DNA of 64,000 nt from Vicugna vicugna. Its lineage: Eukaryota. Position numbers and translations under genes: made by a program. Position 1 is the first letter of the stretch. Each line of letters starts with the position of its first letter. The stretch covers positions 62,001 to 126,000 of the forward strand of contig MU058791.1 of NCBI GenBank assembly GCA_013265495.1, given 5' to 3'. Below are positions 1 through 12,099 of the stretch, one piece after another. The notes under the pieces are model-generated. The model worked only from the letters and a program-made list of their open reading frames with translations. It did not search any database and was not told the DNA's origin.

Positions 1-217
1 CAAACTTGGAAAAGTTTAAGAATTATGTACTTTAATGATGTTCCTGTTTTTTCATTCGCGTCTCTGCTGAAAAGTCATGTTAAGTGTTTGTCATTCACTT
101 TCCTTTCTGAAATGACTTAATGGTAACCCTTGCTGGTACATCACTCTTTTTTTCTTTTTCTTTTTTTAAATAGAATTCTAAGTTGGAAATAATTTTCCAT
201 TAGAATTTTTTAAAACA

Positions 218-655
218 ATTTTTTTTATTGAGGTAAAATACACATAACATAAAATTTACCATCTTAACCATTTTAAAATGTGCAGTTCAGTGGTATTAAG
301 TAGTTATAATGTTGGGCAACCCTGACCACCATCCATCTACAGAGCTCTTGTCATCTTGTGAAACCAAAACTCTGTATCAGTTAAACACTAACTCCCCATT
401 CCCCCTCCACCAGCCCCTGACAACCACCCTTCTACTTTCTGTGCCTATGGCTTTGGCCCCTCTAAATACCTCATGTAAGAGGAATCATATTTGTCCTTCT
501 CTGACTGGCTTATGTCACTTGGCATAATGTCCTCCGGATTCATCCACGTTATGGTACATGATGCCATGGTATGTGATGCCATGGTACAGGTAAGAATATC
601 CTTCCTTTTTAAGGCTGAATAGTATTCCACTGAACGGACTGACACATTTTGGCGC
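218..655 (-). mobile_element. L1 (L1MB-like) 3' end fragment
   Basis: Poly-T followed by attgaggtaaaatacacataacataaaatttaccatcttaacc...gaatagtattccactg. Minus-strand ORF 445..660 contains EYYSALKRKDI, resembling the ORF2 C-terminus. Confidence 0.85.
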
Positions 656-734
656 ATCACTGTTTATTCCCTCACCTCACCTTAATTTTTTGTGGAACGT
701 TTATTTCCATCTGATGTCATTCCCTCAGTATTTC

Positions 735-848
735 TATTAGAATAGAGTCTTCCTGACAACAGGGTCTTGGAGAGCTCTGTTCCCAGCTCTTGGAACAGTA
801 CCTGATACATAAGAGGAGCTTGGTGGACAACTACTGGATGAATGAACT
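735..848 (+). mobile_element. L2 3' end fragment
   Basis: gaacagtacctgatacataagaggagct...ggatgaatgaa resembles the L2 terminus. Confidence 0.55.
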
Positions 849-1044
849 CAGAAATACAGTTAGAACCGCATGTGTTTTCAACAGCACTGATTTTACCCAT
901 ATGTGTTTGTATGGATATATGGGGTAAATTTTGTGTCTATATGTATGTACATATGTACTTGTACAGTGGGTCTTCTGTGTAGATCTGTGATGGACCTTTC
1001 TGGATGATATTTCTGTTTTTGGTGTTCTCAGGGCCTCCTTGAGT

Positions 1045-1470
1045 CTCGACACTGGGCGAGTTCTCTGTCGGTCTTGCTGAGGTCACTCGTGCAGCTGTAG
1101 TCATTTGGTGGCTCGACCTCACTGGGTGGTTTCAAGGTGGCCTCACTCACGCGTCTGGCAGTTGATGCTGACTGTCAGCTGGGCGTCTCTTTCCACGCGG
1201 TCTCATCCTCAGACTCACCTCAGCGCCTTTGCACAGTGGTGGCAGCATTCCAGACCCGTGTGCTCAGCGGCTGGAAAGACCTTTGACACCGAGGCTCAGA
1301 ATCACGTGGTGTCCCTGGTGCTATATTTTGTTGGTCACAGTGAGTCTCGAAACCAGTCTGAAATGACAGGGTCGGGAAACAGATGCCATTTCTCCATGAG
1401 AAAAGTAGCAAAGTCACCCAGCAGGGGTCGGTGAGATGGGAAGAATTGTGGTGACAGTCTTTGTACATCG
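1045..1470 (-). mobile_element. MaLR LTR (MLT1 family), degraded
   Basis: gaggtcactcgtgcagctgtagtc...caaggtggcctcactcacgcgtctggcagttgatgctg...ctatattttgttggtcac, typical of antisense MLT1. Confidence 0.7.
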
Positions 1471-1489
1471 TCTGAGGTTCTTGTTCTTG

Positions 1490-2600
1490 TTTTCGTTTTT
1501 TCCATTCATTGTGACGTGTAGTTGGTGGGCTCTTTCTTTCTCAAGACTTGTATTTTTTAGTTTTGGAACAATTAAAAAATACTGTCTCTGATAATTTCCT
1601 CTTATTTTCTTGCTTCTTTTTCTGGAACTCCTATAATTTAGATATTGGATCTGCTGGATTAATTCTCTGAATTATATTGTTTCTAGTCTATTGTCCTTTT
1701 AGTTCTACTTTCTGGAAAATCTCCTTGGTTTTGCCATTCATTCTGTTGAATCTTAAAATTTCAGCTGCCATGTTTTCAGTTTCTACAAGTTCTATCTTGT
1801 CCTCTGTTCTTCTCTTCGTTTACCTTTCAGGATACTTATGATTTTTAAAAATGTTTCTCATCTGGTTCCTTTATTGTCTTTATTTCATACATGTACCTTC
1901 TCTCTCTCCTTTTTAAAAAGTCTTTTTTTTTTTTTATCTTGGAGCCTTTCTTTAGTTTTCTAATGATTCTAGACCTTTATTCATATTTAAGAGTGAGGGA
2001 CACACATGCACGGAAACTTTGTGTACCTGGATGGGGCTTGTTGGCTAAGAGTGCCAACTGTCAGCAGGTGTTGATGGAAGAGTCTCAGTTGACAGTTATC
2101 TGTGGTTCTCTCTTCTGGGGTTGTCCGGTCTCTGCAGAGAAGAATCCTCTAATCACTCTGTGTTGTGGGAGCAGGGGTAGAAGGAAGGGGACTAGAGGCC
2201 GCACCGTTAGTGTGACTTCCATGGAAGACTTTGTCGTGTTCTAACGTGTCACCTCACAGTCCCCTGGGGCGTTGTGGACCTGAGTCTTGCCCTCTTCAGT
2301 TCACAGAGGAGGGTTAGCTGCTGGGCTGAGCCAGGTGAGGAAGACTGGCTGTGTCTTCCTGCCCCTTTTATGGGCTTTAGACAGTCATCCTCTTTGGAGC
2401 CCAGAGCCATGGTCCCCATCATGCACGAGAGCTCTGGGTTCTACCTGTCGTTCACGGGTACCCCTCATTGGCTTTCTGTTTTCCGGACTTTGGTTATTGT
2501 CTCTTCTCTGCACTTGTCTCCTCTTTGGGCCTTTTTTTCCCTATGGGATCTTTTAAGTCATTTTAGTAGCATTTCAGGAGGGAACTTGGGGATAGATAAA
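1490..2600 (-). mobile_element. Ancient L1M 5'/ORF1-region fragments
   Basis: T-rich antisense L1 pattern, e.g. tttctggaactcctataatttagatattggatctgctggattaattctct. Confidence 0.55.
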
Positions 2601-3179
2601 TGCCCCTGCTCAACCAGAACCCTCCCTTTGCCTTTTTCCTGGCATAAATCGTGTCCTGGTCCTTAGTCTGATTAGCATTTGTTTTGGATGACGTGAGTTC
2701 TTCATCGATGAATGTTGATGGGGGGCGAGCAGGGCCCTCCCTCTGAGGTCTTTCAGCCTTTGCCCCTCCGTCACCCCAGGCAGTGGAGACCGGCTGCTAA
2801 GTGGCCCTTTTCAATGCCTGCTTTGCTCACTGGCTGCTTCTAGGACAGCGTACCTGAGTATTTCTGTCTCTCCCTCCCCCGTGCCCTGCTGTGGTGCTAG
2901 TCCAGATCCAGGGTGATTCCTGACGCTGGACGCGCTGTTCTCGCCGTCGGAGCTGTGCCCGCGGGGTGTTCCCGCAACTGCCTAGACCAGCTCCTCAGAC
3001 GATGCCCTCTGCGGCGTCCTTCATCCCATCTGAACTTCCTTGTCTTGGACAGCTCTTCCTCTTATATCGGGATTCAGACGTGAGTCAGTGTCCTCAGAGA
3101 TGGAATTCGAGCTTTTCTTTCCCTTGCTTCTAGTTATTTCTGAGAAGAGGGCAGAAAGCTTTTATTCTGCCGTCTCTCT

Positions 3180-3240
3180 TTTTCTTTTCAGTGGAGCTTG
3201 AACCCAGGACCTACCACTGACCTGTATCCCTCCGCCTCCC
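3180..3240 (-). mobile_element. Internally deleted tRNA-derived SINE fragment
   Basis: ttgaacccaggacct joined directly to accactgacctgtatccctcc, i.e. B-box and A-box remnants of the vic-1-type SINE. Confidence 0.5.
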
Positions 3241-3423
3241 ACGTGTACTCTCATTAATTTCAAGTTAGATTTTATCAGTTTCTGTCTCAAAAGAGGAACT
3301 TTCCCAACATTACCCTCCAGTTCTCAGGCAGTTTCTTTAATATGTATACGCAGCACGCCTGAAATTATGACTGCATGGGACCAAAGCTTTTTCTTGCTCA
3401 ATTTTTGCCTTATGTTCTTCCAG

Positions 3424-3481
3424 GGAAGACCCACCAACACGTTCTCAGCCAGACAGTGATGACGAGGCAGAAGAAATACAG
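3424..3481 (+). CDS. CDC123: CDC123 coding exon 3 (58 nt)
   Basis: ttcttccag|G GAA GAC CCA...ATA CAG|gttggt; encodes (R)EDPPTRSQPDSDDEAEEIQ. Confidence 0.96.
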
Positions 3482-3712
3482 GTTGGTTCAAAATAAACTT
3501 ATGTAGAGAAGTGCATTCCGTTTAAATGCTCTCTGAAACAAGTTCCAGCGTCACGATCTCAGAGTACGTTCGGTAAAGTGAGAAATTACACAGAAATCTC
3601 ACTTCGACATATCGTCTCCCATGTATGTGTCATTTTTAGATGGAGCACTGCTTTTCGGAAGCCCTTGCACTTTCCACATTTAACATTTTGTTTCTGCCTC
3701 TTTCCCCTGCAG

Positions 3713-3745
3713 TGGTCGGATGATGAGAACACGGCCACGCTTACG
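3713..3745 (+). CDS. CDC123: CDC123 coding exon 4 (33 nt)
   Basis: cccctgcag|TGG TCG GAT...CTT ACG|gtaaga; encodes WSDDENTATLT. Confidence 0.96.
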
Positions 3746-4789
3746 GTAAGAGCCGCTCGGTGTGGGGGCAGCTGCGTGCCGACACAGGGGCACTTCCAGG
3801 TGTCAGCACTGATCTCTCTAAATTCTCATTTACTCACCATTTCAGGTTTTTATTCATTATTTTGAAAAATAACTTAAATCTCTGTTTATAGGCAAATATA
3901 GCCTGTTCTTTTTTTCCCCTTTGATTTCAAAGGAAACATTTCAAGTGCTTGGTTGATGCCTTGACTTGCTTCTGCTCAGCTCTGAAAGAATCAAGCCTGA
4001 CATTCAGCTCCGAGGTTCCCAGATCTGTGGAGCCTAACTCAAAGTGAAAATCTATATTCACTTTTTAAGTATATTTAAATGGCATAAAAATTGCAGTTTA
4101 TTTCAAGTGAGAGATTGTGGCTTTAACCAGTATCTTGTATCAAAACGTAGAAGTTGCTCAAGCATGTTTGAGTCTTTCAGGATAAGTGTGTTGTCAGATT
4201 CAACTTAAAATATGTTTTAGTTAAAATCTTTTTAAATGAATGAGGTTATTTCCAAAGATATGATAGGTAAATGAAGCTCCTCATACGTTGAGATAAAAGA
4301 GAAAGGTTTTTATAAAATTCCCTACAAATAAATGTAAAGGCATAATAAAGGAAATTATTAGAGGCGGGTTTATTCTAATACAGTTCTAAATAAAGAGGTA
4401 CTTCTGTTAATGTTAATGGAAGAGAGATGATGTCCAGGATACAAGAAAAGAAAAGTGGAGGTACCTCAGCTGACATTTCCTTAGGTCTGAAAAGCACACC
4501 AACACATGCAGGAAGGGGAGTTTTACATGTTTTGTTTGACTATGGGTACCACTCAGATCAGTTACTCTCCTTTTATGAAAATTCTGTTCAGTTCAACATC
4601 CATGTTAGTTATCTCCCATATTCAGTGCCCTAATAGTGGGTTCTGTGAAGTAAACAAAGATGAATTGATTCCTGACATTAGTGGAAGGTGCCCCAATTCG
4701 GGCGTAGAAGACAAAGTGCTGTCAGAACAGCACAGCCAAGAGAACAGTTACAACCAAGGGCATCTAGAAGTACTTCCGTGTGGGAAGGA

Positions 4790-6375
4790 TGATCAGTATC
4801 AACTCACGTTTTCTAGTATAGATAGATAGATACAGAATATACATGTGTGTAATTACCAAAGTCTTGTTTGCTAAGGTCTGGAGTGACATAATGACATCAT
4901 GGTGGCAATGAGCACACCTAATGCCCTGATCATGGTTTGTAAGTACCGTTCTCCACTCAAAGGAATCAAAACTTGGAGGAATTCAAGACTGAGGGTGGAA
5001 AAGTAAAGATCAACCTGTACCAACTTGTGTCAGAAAGTAAGAAGGATGCTGACCTGACAAAAAGGACCCGGAAGCCAGCCTGAATGGGCTTCCACTGTCT
5101 GAATACTTGAGTATCATAACAAAACGATAGTAATGGAGTATAACCACCGACTAAAATTAGAATCCGTGACCCCGTACTGACACAAGAAAATGATTAAATT
5201 AGGTAAGTGGAGCAGAAGAGAAAGCCCTTTATAGTAGAAAGGATGCCAGCTAATAAATGTGGAAGGAATGGTAGCATTAGAAATCACCATTGGGCAATCA
5301 TTATAGTAATAATTGATAAATAGGTATTAAAACTAGTGGGTGAGTATTGGATGAGGATATTTGAATATTCTCAAAGTATCTCCACCAAAATTATATAATT
5401 ATAAAGCTATAAAGAGAGGAAAGATAACCTTCCAGTGGAAGGACCTGGCGGCAGCATGATCAGAGTTAACCTCATCCGAGATGGGACAACTGACATCATG
5501 TGCCTCTTTCTAGCACAGAAGGACACATCACCTGCCAACAGCGTGCAGCCGGCCTCCAGTCATGGGAAGCATCCAACACACTCGGCGTTTTGGAGATTAC
5601 ATGGCATTACTGCCCCATAAGTATTCCATAATGTCAGGGTCGTGAAAGATGATGTGCAGAGAGAGGAACTGTTATGGGTGGAAGGAGATTAGAGAGACAC
5701 AGCAGCTGAACGCAGTGCCCTGTTCTAGACTGAATCTTGGCCGGAAAAACATGTTCTAATTCTCTTTCACTGTAAGAGACATTGTTAGGACAAGGGGCAC
5801 ATTTTGAATAAATTCTGTAGATGAGATAATGTTATTGTATCAGGGTTAGCCCCCTGATTTTGATTATTTGGCTAGGTTATGTAAAAAAAAAAGTTACTAC
5901 TTTTTAGGAAATATATATTGAAGTATTGTACTTAGGGGTAAAGGGACATCATGACTTCAGTTTACTTTAAAAGAGTGTAGGAAAAGAAAATACATTTTAT
6001 ACACACACACATATGTATATATATGGATACACACATTCCTGCGTAATTATACACAGAAAGGGGGTTAGGGAGGGAGAATCATAAAGCAATGTGGTAAAAC
6101 ACCTGAGTGAAAAGGATACAGAAATTCTTGTTACTCTTCTTTTAATGAAAGAGTCTGAAATTATTTCAAAATTATCCTAAAATTTGTTTATTTTATTTTT
6201 AGGGGTTTTGTTTGTTTTGTTTTGTTTTTGGTAGAGAAGGTAATTAGGTTTATTTATTTATTTGTTTTTAGAGGCAGTACTGGGGATTGAACCCAGGACC
6301 TCATGCATGCTAAGCACACACTCTTCCACTGAACTGTACTCTACCCCCCGAAATTATTTCACAATAAAAAGTTAA
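4790..6375 (+). mobile_element. Old L1MC/L1MD-type 3' UTR, interrupted near its end by a SINE
   Basis: Motifs such as gtaccgttctccactcaaaggaatc, ctcaaagtatctcc and gaaattcttgttactcttct...gaaattatttca...aataaaaagtt. Confidence 0.65.
6169..6349 (-). mobile_element. tRNA-Ala-derived SINE (vic-1-like), long form
   Basis: Antisense tRNA-Ala-like head with aggtaattaggtt tail motif; direct repeat GAAATTATTTCA at 6157-6168 and 6350-6361. Confidence 0.88.
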
Positions 6376-8479
6376 TTGAAAAAGTGATTGGGTTTCACTG
6401 GTAGAACTAGATGTTGCTGGACAGGGCAACAAAAGGAATGTGAGCTAAGATCCAAGGTGGGGAAATTACTTTTGGTGAGTGGTAATAGTCCATTGGTAGA
6501 AACAGGAAAACCCCCAAATTAAAAATGGAAATAGACAATCGAGATGAGTACATTTCAAAAGCACAAATGGTGAATTTCAAAGGGCAAGTTATCAAAAGTG
6601 TACAAATCAAGTGACAGCAGTTGTGTTAGTTTTATAGAATGTTATACTTTATGGACAGGTACGCGTATCATAGGTGTGGAGCCGTGGCTCTAGAAGAGTT
6701 TGTTCAGTTTTGTGATGATGGTTTCCTGTGGGGAGAGGGAAGGACTAGGTGGGGAGCAAGGAGATTAGGAGCCTCTTTGGTATCTGTGATGCCTTAAGAA
6801 ATGGTCTGGATCACATATGCCAAATTGTTGAATGTATGTATCCAGGAACATAGGTATATATTTTTGTGTATTTGAAACATTTCATGATTATATAAAAAAA
6901 ATTCTTTTAAAGAGATGCCCTTTCTGAGTAGGGGGCTGTGGTGGATAGAGTTGGAAAAATAGTGAATTTGGATCACGGAAATTCCACGGATATGATTAAA
7001 AATGTGGATTTCATCCCACTTAAAACAGGAACCTTTTCTCAGGCAGCTGAGGTGTTTGGCATATTTAAAATTGACTCGTTGAGCTATAGGCTTTAAAAGA
7101 ACCCTGTTACTAGTTAAATCTGTTAGAATTTTCAGGAAAAGGTAGAATCATGACTCCCACATAGCTATAAAACTCTTTAATACATGTTGAAGATTTTATT
7201 TAACTCGAGGGAACCAAGCAGATGTCATAACTGGTTCAAAAGAGAGTCCAAAGGACAGACATATTTATAGGTTAGGACTGAGGTAAATGTGTAAATGAGG
7301 CAGAACTGGTTTTGCCTTCCTGAGAGGTTGGAGGAAGGACATTCAGATTCCTATCAGATAGAATAGAATTTTCACGTCCATGAGTAATACTTGGTTATCC
7401 CTTCCTGTAACGGACCAAGTTGTAAACTAGCTCACAGGCCCAGCTAGAATCGGGTAATCCAGAAGGTGCGGTATGTATACAATACGTAATCTTCCACTGA
7501 AGCACACATTTTTCTGTATGGTGCATGAACTGTTTATCATTTCAATTTGTTTTAGGATCCTTATGGGAGGATTTCTTAAAGTTGAATAATTTGAGGATTT
7601 GAGAGAACCTCTTTTAAAATGTAATACAGAATAGCCAATATTCTGTAATAACTGAAGTATAATTTTTAAAAATTGGGAACCACAGCATTGCACATCTGTA
7701 ACTTACATAATAAAGAAAAAAATAAAATGTAATTCAGAAATATAAAGGCAACCCTTATATGTGAAGCTTTATAGAATAGGAAAATTATATTGTTTTGTCT
7801 TCAAAGATTGAACCCTTCATATTGTAAAATTTGTGCAACTGTGCCGTTTAGTGAAAATACTGCTAATGTAAATCGTGGATGAGTGTTTCTATGGGGAGAG
7901 TTTTAGGGAAGCCAAACCAGCAACTTCTGGGGATTATAAGTAAATTACTGGCTTAGCATAAATCATAATTCCTTTTGATGGGGAGAGGTGAATGGAAAAT
8001 GAAAGACTCAAGGCTGTAACTCGCTTTGAAAGCCTCTCAAAATGGCTACAGTTTAGTTCCCCATATCTAAGCCGAGGAAGTGGAGCGGAAGGTAGAGACA
8101 GCGGCTGGCTGGCTGAGAACGAAGGGACAGCTGCCGCTGCGGCCCAGCGGGAAGTAAGGACGTCCAGCGCCCTTGACCGCTCCCTCTACTCGCTAGTCTG
8201 TTCCTTGACGCTAGAATCTAGTTTGGGGGGTATATTACCTTTTTTTTTTAACTTTCATATTTTAATCTTCCAATTCTTGTCACTTTTTTTCTGTTATAAC
8301 TGGCTCAGGTCTTGGAGGTCAGTGTAAGCCATTTGATTTGTTTTTGCGATATGTACTTTAGCTTGTTCTAGACCTATTCTTACTTTTTCCCCCCCCTTTT
8401 GGAAGAACTTGTCATTACTGGACTTTTTCAGTACTTGTAGTTGCCCAATAGGGGGCAGCAAATATAAAGGGATAAAATA

Positions 8480-8630
8480 GGGGAGGGTATAGGTCACGTG
8501 GTAGAGTGCATGCTTAGCATGCATGAGGTCCCGGGTTCAATCCCCAGTATCTCCTCTAACAAGAGATAAATAAGTAAACCTAATTATCTCTCCTACCAAT
8601 AAGTAAGTAAGTAAGTAAATAAATAAATAA
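8480..8630 (+). mobile_element. tRNA-Ala-derived SINE (vic-1-like), long form
   Basis: ggggagggtataggtcacgtggtagagtgcatgcttagcatgcatgaggtcccgggttcaatcccc; (TAAG)n/(TAAA)n tail; target-site duplication (TSD) AAAGGGATAAA at 8466-8476 and 8631-8641. Confidence 0.9.
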
Positions 8631-9451
8631 AAAGGGATAAAGTGGCTGCAGAGAATCAGGGTTAGTGTTTTTGTATTCTTGTCCCTCCTGCAGGTCCCTG
8701 TGCCTTATTCCTCTTTTCTCTGCTTTATGTCCATGGGCTCCTTTGCTGGTGACATAAGGCCCAAGGGAGAGCATAATAGTAATTAGGTTTACCTTCACTA
8801 CTGTGTTTCTATTTACCTCCTGGTGGAAACGACCCTGTGGGTTTTTGGGTACTTACCATTATAAAATAATGCATTTTAAAATCGACCAAAAAGGAAAGAA
8901 CATTTTTAACTTCACCAAGGTCCTGCTTTTTGAGTTCTGTTTATATTAAAACTTGTCTGGAAATAGCCATGTTTAAAAACAGTTAACCACATAATTTATT
9001 TCTCACTCTCATGAAGCCCTTGGGGGATGGGTCCAGGAATCTTTTCCTGCAAACAGAAAGGCTTCTGGCCCTTTAAATATGAGGTATTACTTCTAACAAT
9101 CGGAGGATATGTACAGGTGATACTCCGCTCCTCTCTTTTCACTTAATAAATGCTGGTTTCATGTAGATGTTAAGAGCACCTTTCCTTCCTGATATCCCCA
9201 CATCCCTCTTCGGCTTTGTGGGTCTTGATTGCTTTGGAAAGCGTCATTTGAGCACTTGTTATTCATTTCCGTTTCTCATGTTATTTGATCGTTGTGTTTA
9301 TTTAGCTGAGTTCAGAAATTCTGATGGTAATTTGTATTCTCAATTACCTTTTAACACCCTGAAGAGTTGGACCTTGAGATTTTGATCTGTTTTCTATATT
9401 TATTGTGAATGATACTGACTTGCCTAAATGATTTCTTCTTTCTCTCTGTAG

Positions 9452-9547
9452 GCACCAGAATTTCCTGAGTTCACCACCAAAGTCCAAGAAGCTATCAATT
9501 CCCTGGGGGGCAGTGTATTTCCTAAGCTTAACTGGAGTGCCCCAAGG
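9452..9547 (+). CDS. CDC123: CDC123 coding exon 5 (96 nt)
   Basis: tctctgtag|GCA CCA GAA...CCA AGG|gtagga; encodes [32 protein letters not shown]. Confidence 0.97.
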
Positions 9548-11588
9548 GTAGGAACATTTCAGTAAATCTCTCACTGTTTGAATATTCTTTGCTCTGCTCT
9601 TCCATTTCATTTTATATCCCCACGGAGGGTCCAATTATATTCCTAATTCTAGGGAAAATACCATGGAGTTGATTTTCACTCTCCCCCTGTTACTTTATTT
9701 CCTTCATTTTGCAGTGCACTTTCCTGGGTCTGTGAAATACTGTATATTTTGCCAGAAGACAGTTTCAACCTCTTGTGTTACTGATCACACTAGAAATCTG
9801 AGGAAAGCCTTTCTCTGCTCTTTTCAAAACTTCAGCTGTTCAGTTTGATGGAGACATTTTTCTCTATTGAAAAGTAATAAAAATTAAAATGTCACAGGAT
9901 CTAGAAATAGAGCAGTTTGACAAATCAGCTGACATTTTCTTAAATTGTGTTTTATTGTTTCAACATTGCATTGAAAAGATTTTTTTTTTTTTAAGTGGAG
10001 GCCTGGGAAAAAATTCCATTATTTTTCCTACACCAGTAGAAAACAGTTTTATGTCAGCAAAGCTCATTTGAGGAACCAAGACTTATTTGCAGTTTCACAA
10101 ATCATGTCACATGTTTCTCTTTTCTTATTCTAAAATGAATGATAAACTGCTTAATCTGATTTTATTTTGACTTATTAAAATTAGTGACACATATACATAG
10201 TTTAAGTTTTCGAAAGATCCGGAAGCTTGCTAATAAAATCAGCAGGCCCTGACACCTGCTTTGCTTCCTCATTTCCCACTGCTCAGAAGCAGCTGCTTTC
10301 AAATAGTTCAGTACATTCTCTGTTTTTTTCTTCTACTTCTTACTTCTTCTGTCTCACGTATTTATTACTGACTTCCCAATTTCAAGCAGAAATGTTCAGC
10401 TCTCTTTCATCTTCTATCCCTCTGACTTTCTGTTCCACTGACCTCACAGGAACAGCACACATTGATTAGATCCGTGTTCCATGTTTCTCCTGTTACATTT
10501 ATGCAAACACCACGCACACATCGGACACATACCATACATTGCTTACGTTTCCTTCAACATTTTGTATTCCCTCGAGTTAGTGATTGTCGTTGATTCAGTT
10601 GCCTGGTTTTCTGTGCATACACTGTCGTTTCAGTGGCGTTAAATCTGTGTGTTCAGTACACCACCTCTAACCAGAAGTCCATCATCTTTTTCATTGGGAG
10701 AGATTTTAAAGAAGTTATTGAAGCTCATTTTTAGATTATGAGCATCATTCTTTACAACTGATCTGGCCTGAGGCTTTCCAGTTAAGGTGGGGAGATTATT
10801 TGTGGTTTTAAGTGATTCTTTTGTTCATTTATGTATTTCTTAAGTGCCGGCTGTGTGCCAGTGCTTTCTTTCATAGAGCATGGATAATCGGACCTTTTTT
10901 TTGCAGTCATTAGTTTTCTCAAAATTGTATTACTGTCCTGTGTCTGCTCTATCTATGGGAGCAGTATACTTTTTAAATGACTTATTCTGTCATTTTTTAG
11001 GCTTGTTTCACTGAGATTTGTGCCTCCCGTGTCTGCTGTCCTTACCCATTTGATTCCTGTGTATGAGATGTTCACCGTTTTAAATTGCAATGGTTCAGAA
11101 TATGTCACCTCCTCTCTCCCAGAGTCAATAGACATGGGTCTTACCTGCTTCAGTCACCAGACTTCAGTGTTCCAGCTGTCTCTCCCAGAAACAGGAAGAA
11201 AGGAAAGCTTCTCTATTTTCTTAGAGGGGAGCTAGTCAGGCTATCTCTTTATACCTGGGTCGTATCACTGAAGTACCAGCATTTCTGATACCTCTCTATC
11301 CCCTTCCTTCATCATCTGTAAGGAAGACATAGGGAAGTGCTTGGGCACCTTTCATTTGAGGACTTTAACACCTCAGTTCGAAACTGAGTGTCCAGCATGC
11401 AATAGAGATGCTAATCCCTGTGTGGAAGTGTAATTTGACATTTGACAGTACAGCCACAATTTCTTACCTGACTTTTTCCTTTAAACCCTTGAAATGACAT
11501 GCATTATTGAGTCTGTATATAGGCCTGAACGCCATTCATGGCAACTAACTTGGAATATGTACTGAGCAGCACATGCTTTATGATTCAG

Positions 11589-11695
11589 GATGCGTACTGG
11601 ATAGCAATGAACAGTTCCCTGAAGTGTAAAACCCTCAGCGACATCTTTCTACTGTTCAAGAGTTCTGATTTCATCACCCGTGACTTCACCCAACC
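11589..11695 (+). CDS. CDC123: CDC123 coding exon 6 (107 nt)
   Basis: tgattcag|GAT GCG TAC TGG...CAA CC|gtaagt; encodes DAYWIAMNSSLKCKTLSDIFLLFKSSDFITRDFTQ(P). Confidence 0.97.
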
Positions 11696-11962
11696 GTAAG
11701 TATGTCTCGTGTTCTCTTACATCAGCAGTTTCAGTGCTTGTGAGCGTTTTTCTACAGGTGAAATTCCGTTAATTCTAGTACCGTTGTAAACAGTTCCCCA
11801 CAGCAAGGCTGTTTCATTTTCTCAAATAACCTATTAAAGCAAACCTTTCTTATCCTTTGGCAGCAAATACTGTTCAATGAATGGATATATGTAAATATCA
11901 AGGGCTTTCTATATATCTGCCCATTAAATATATGGGTAATTTTTTTCTTATTATAAAACCAC

Positions 11963-12088
11963 GGGGGAGGATATAGCTCAAGTGGTGGAGTGCACACCTA
12001 CCAAGCACGAGGTCCTGGGTTCAGTCCCAGCACCACCATATAAACAAACAAACAAACCTGTTACCTCCCCCTCATAAAACAAAACAAA
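11963..12088 (+). mobile_element. tRNA-Ala-derived SINE (vic-1-like), long form
   Basis: gggggaggatatagctcaagtggtggag...ggtcctgggttcagtccc...aacctgttacctcccc with (CAAA)n tail. Confidence 0.85.
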
Positions 12089-12099
12089 CCCCCAATATA

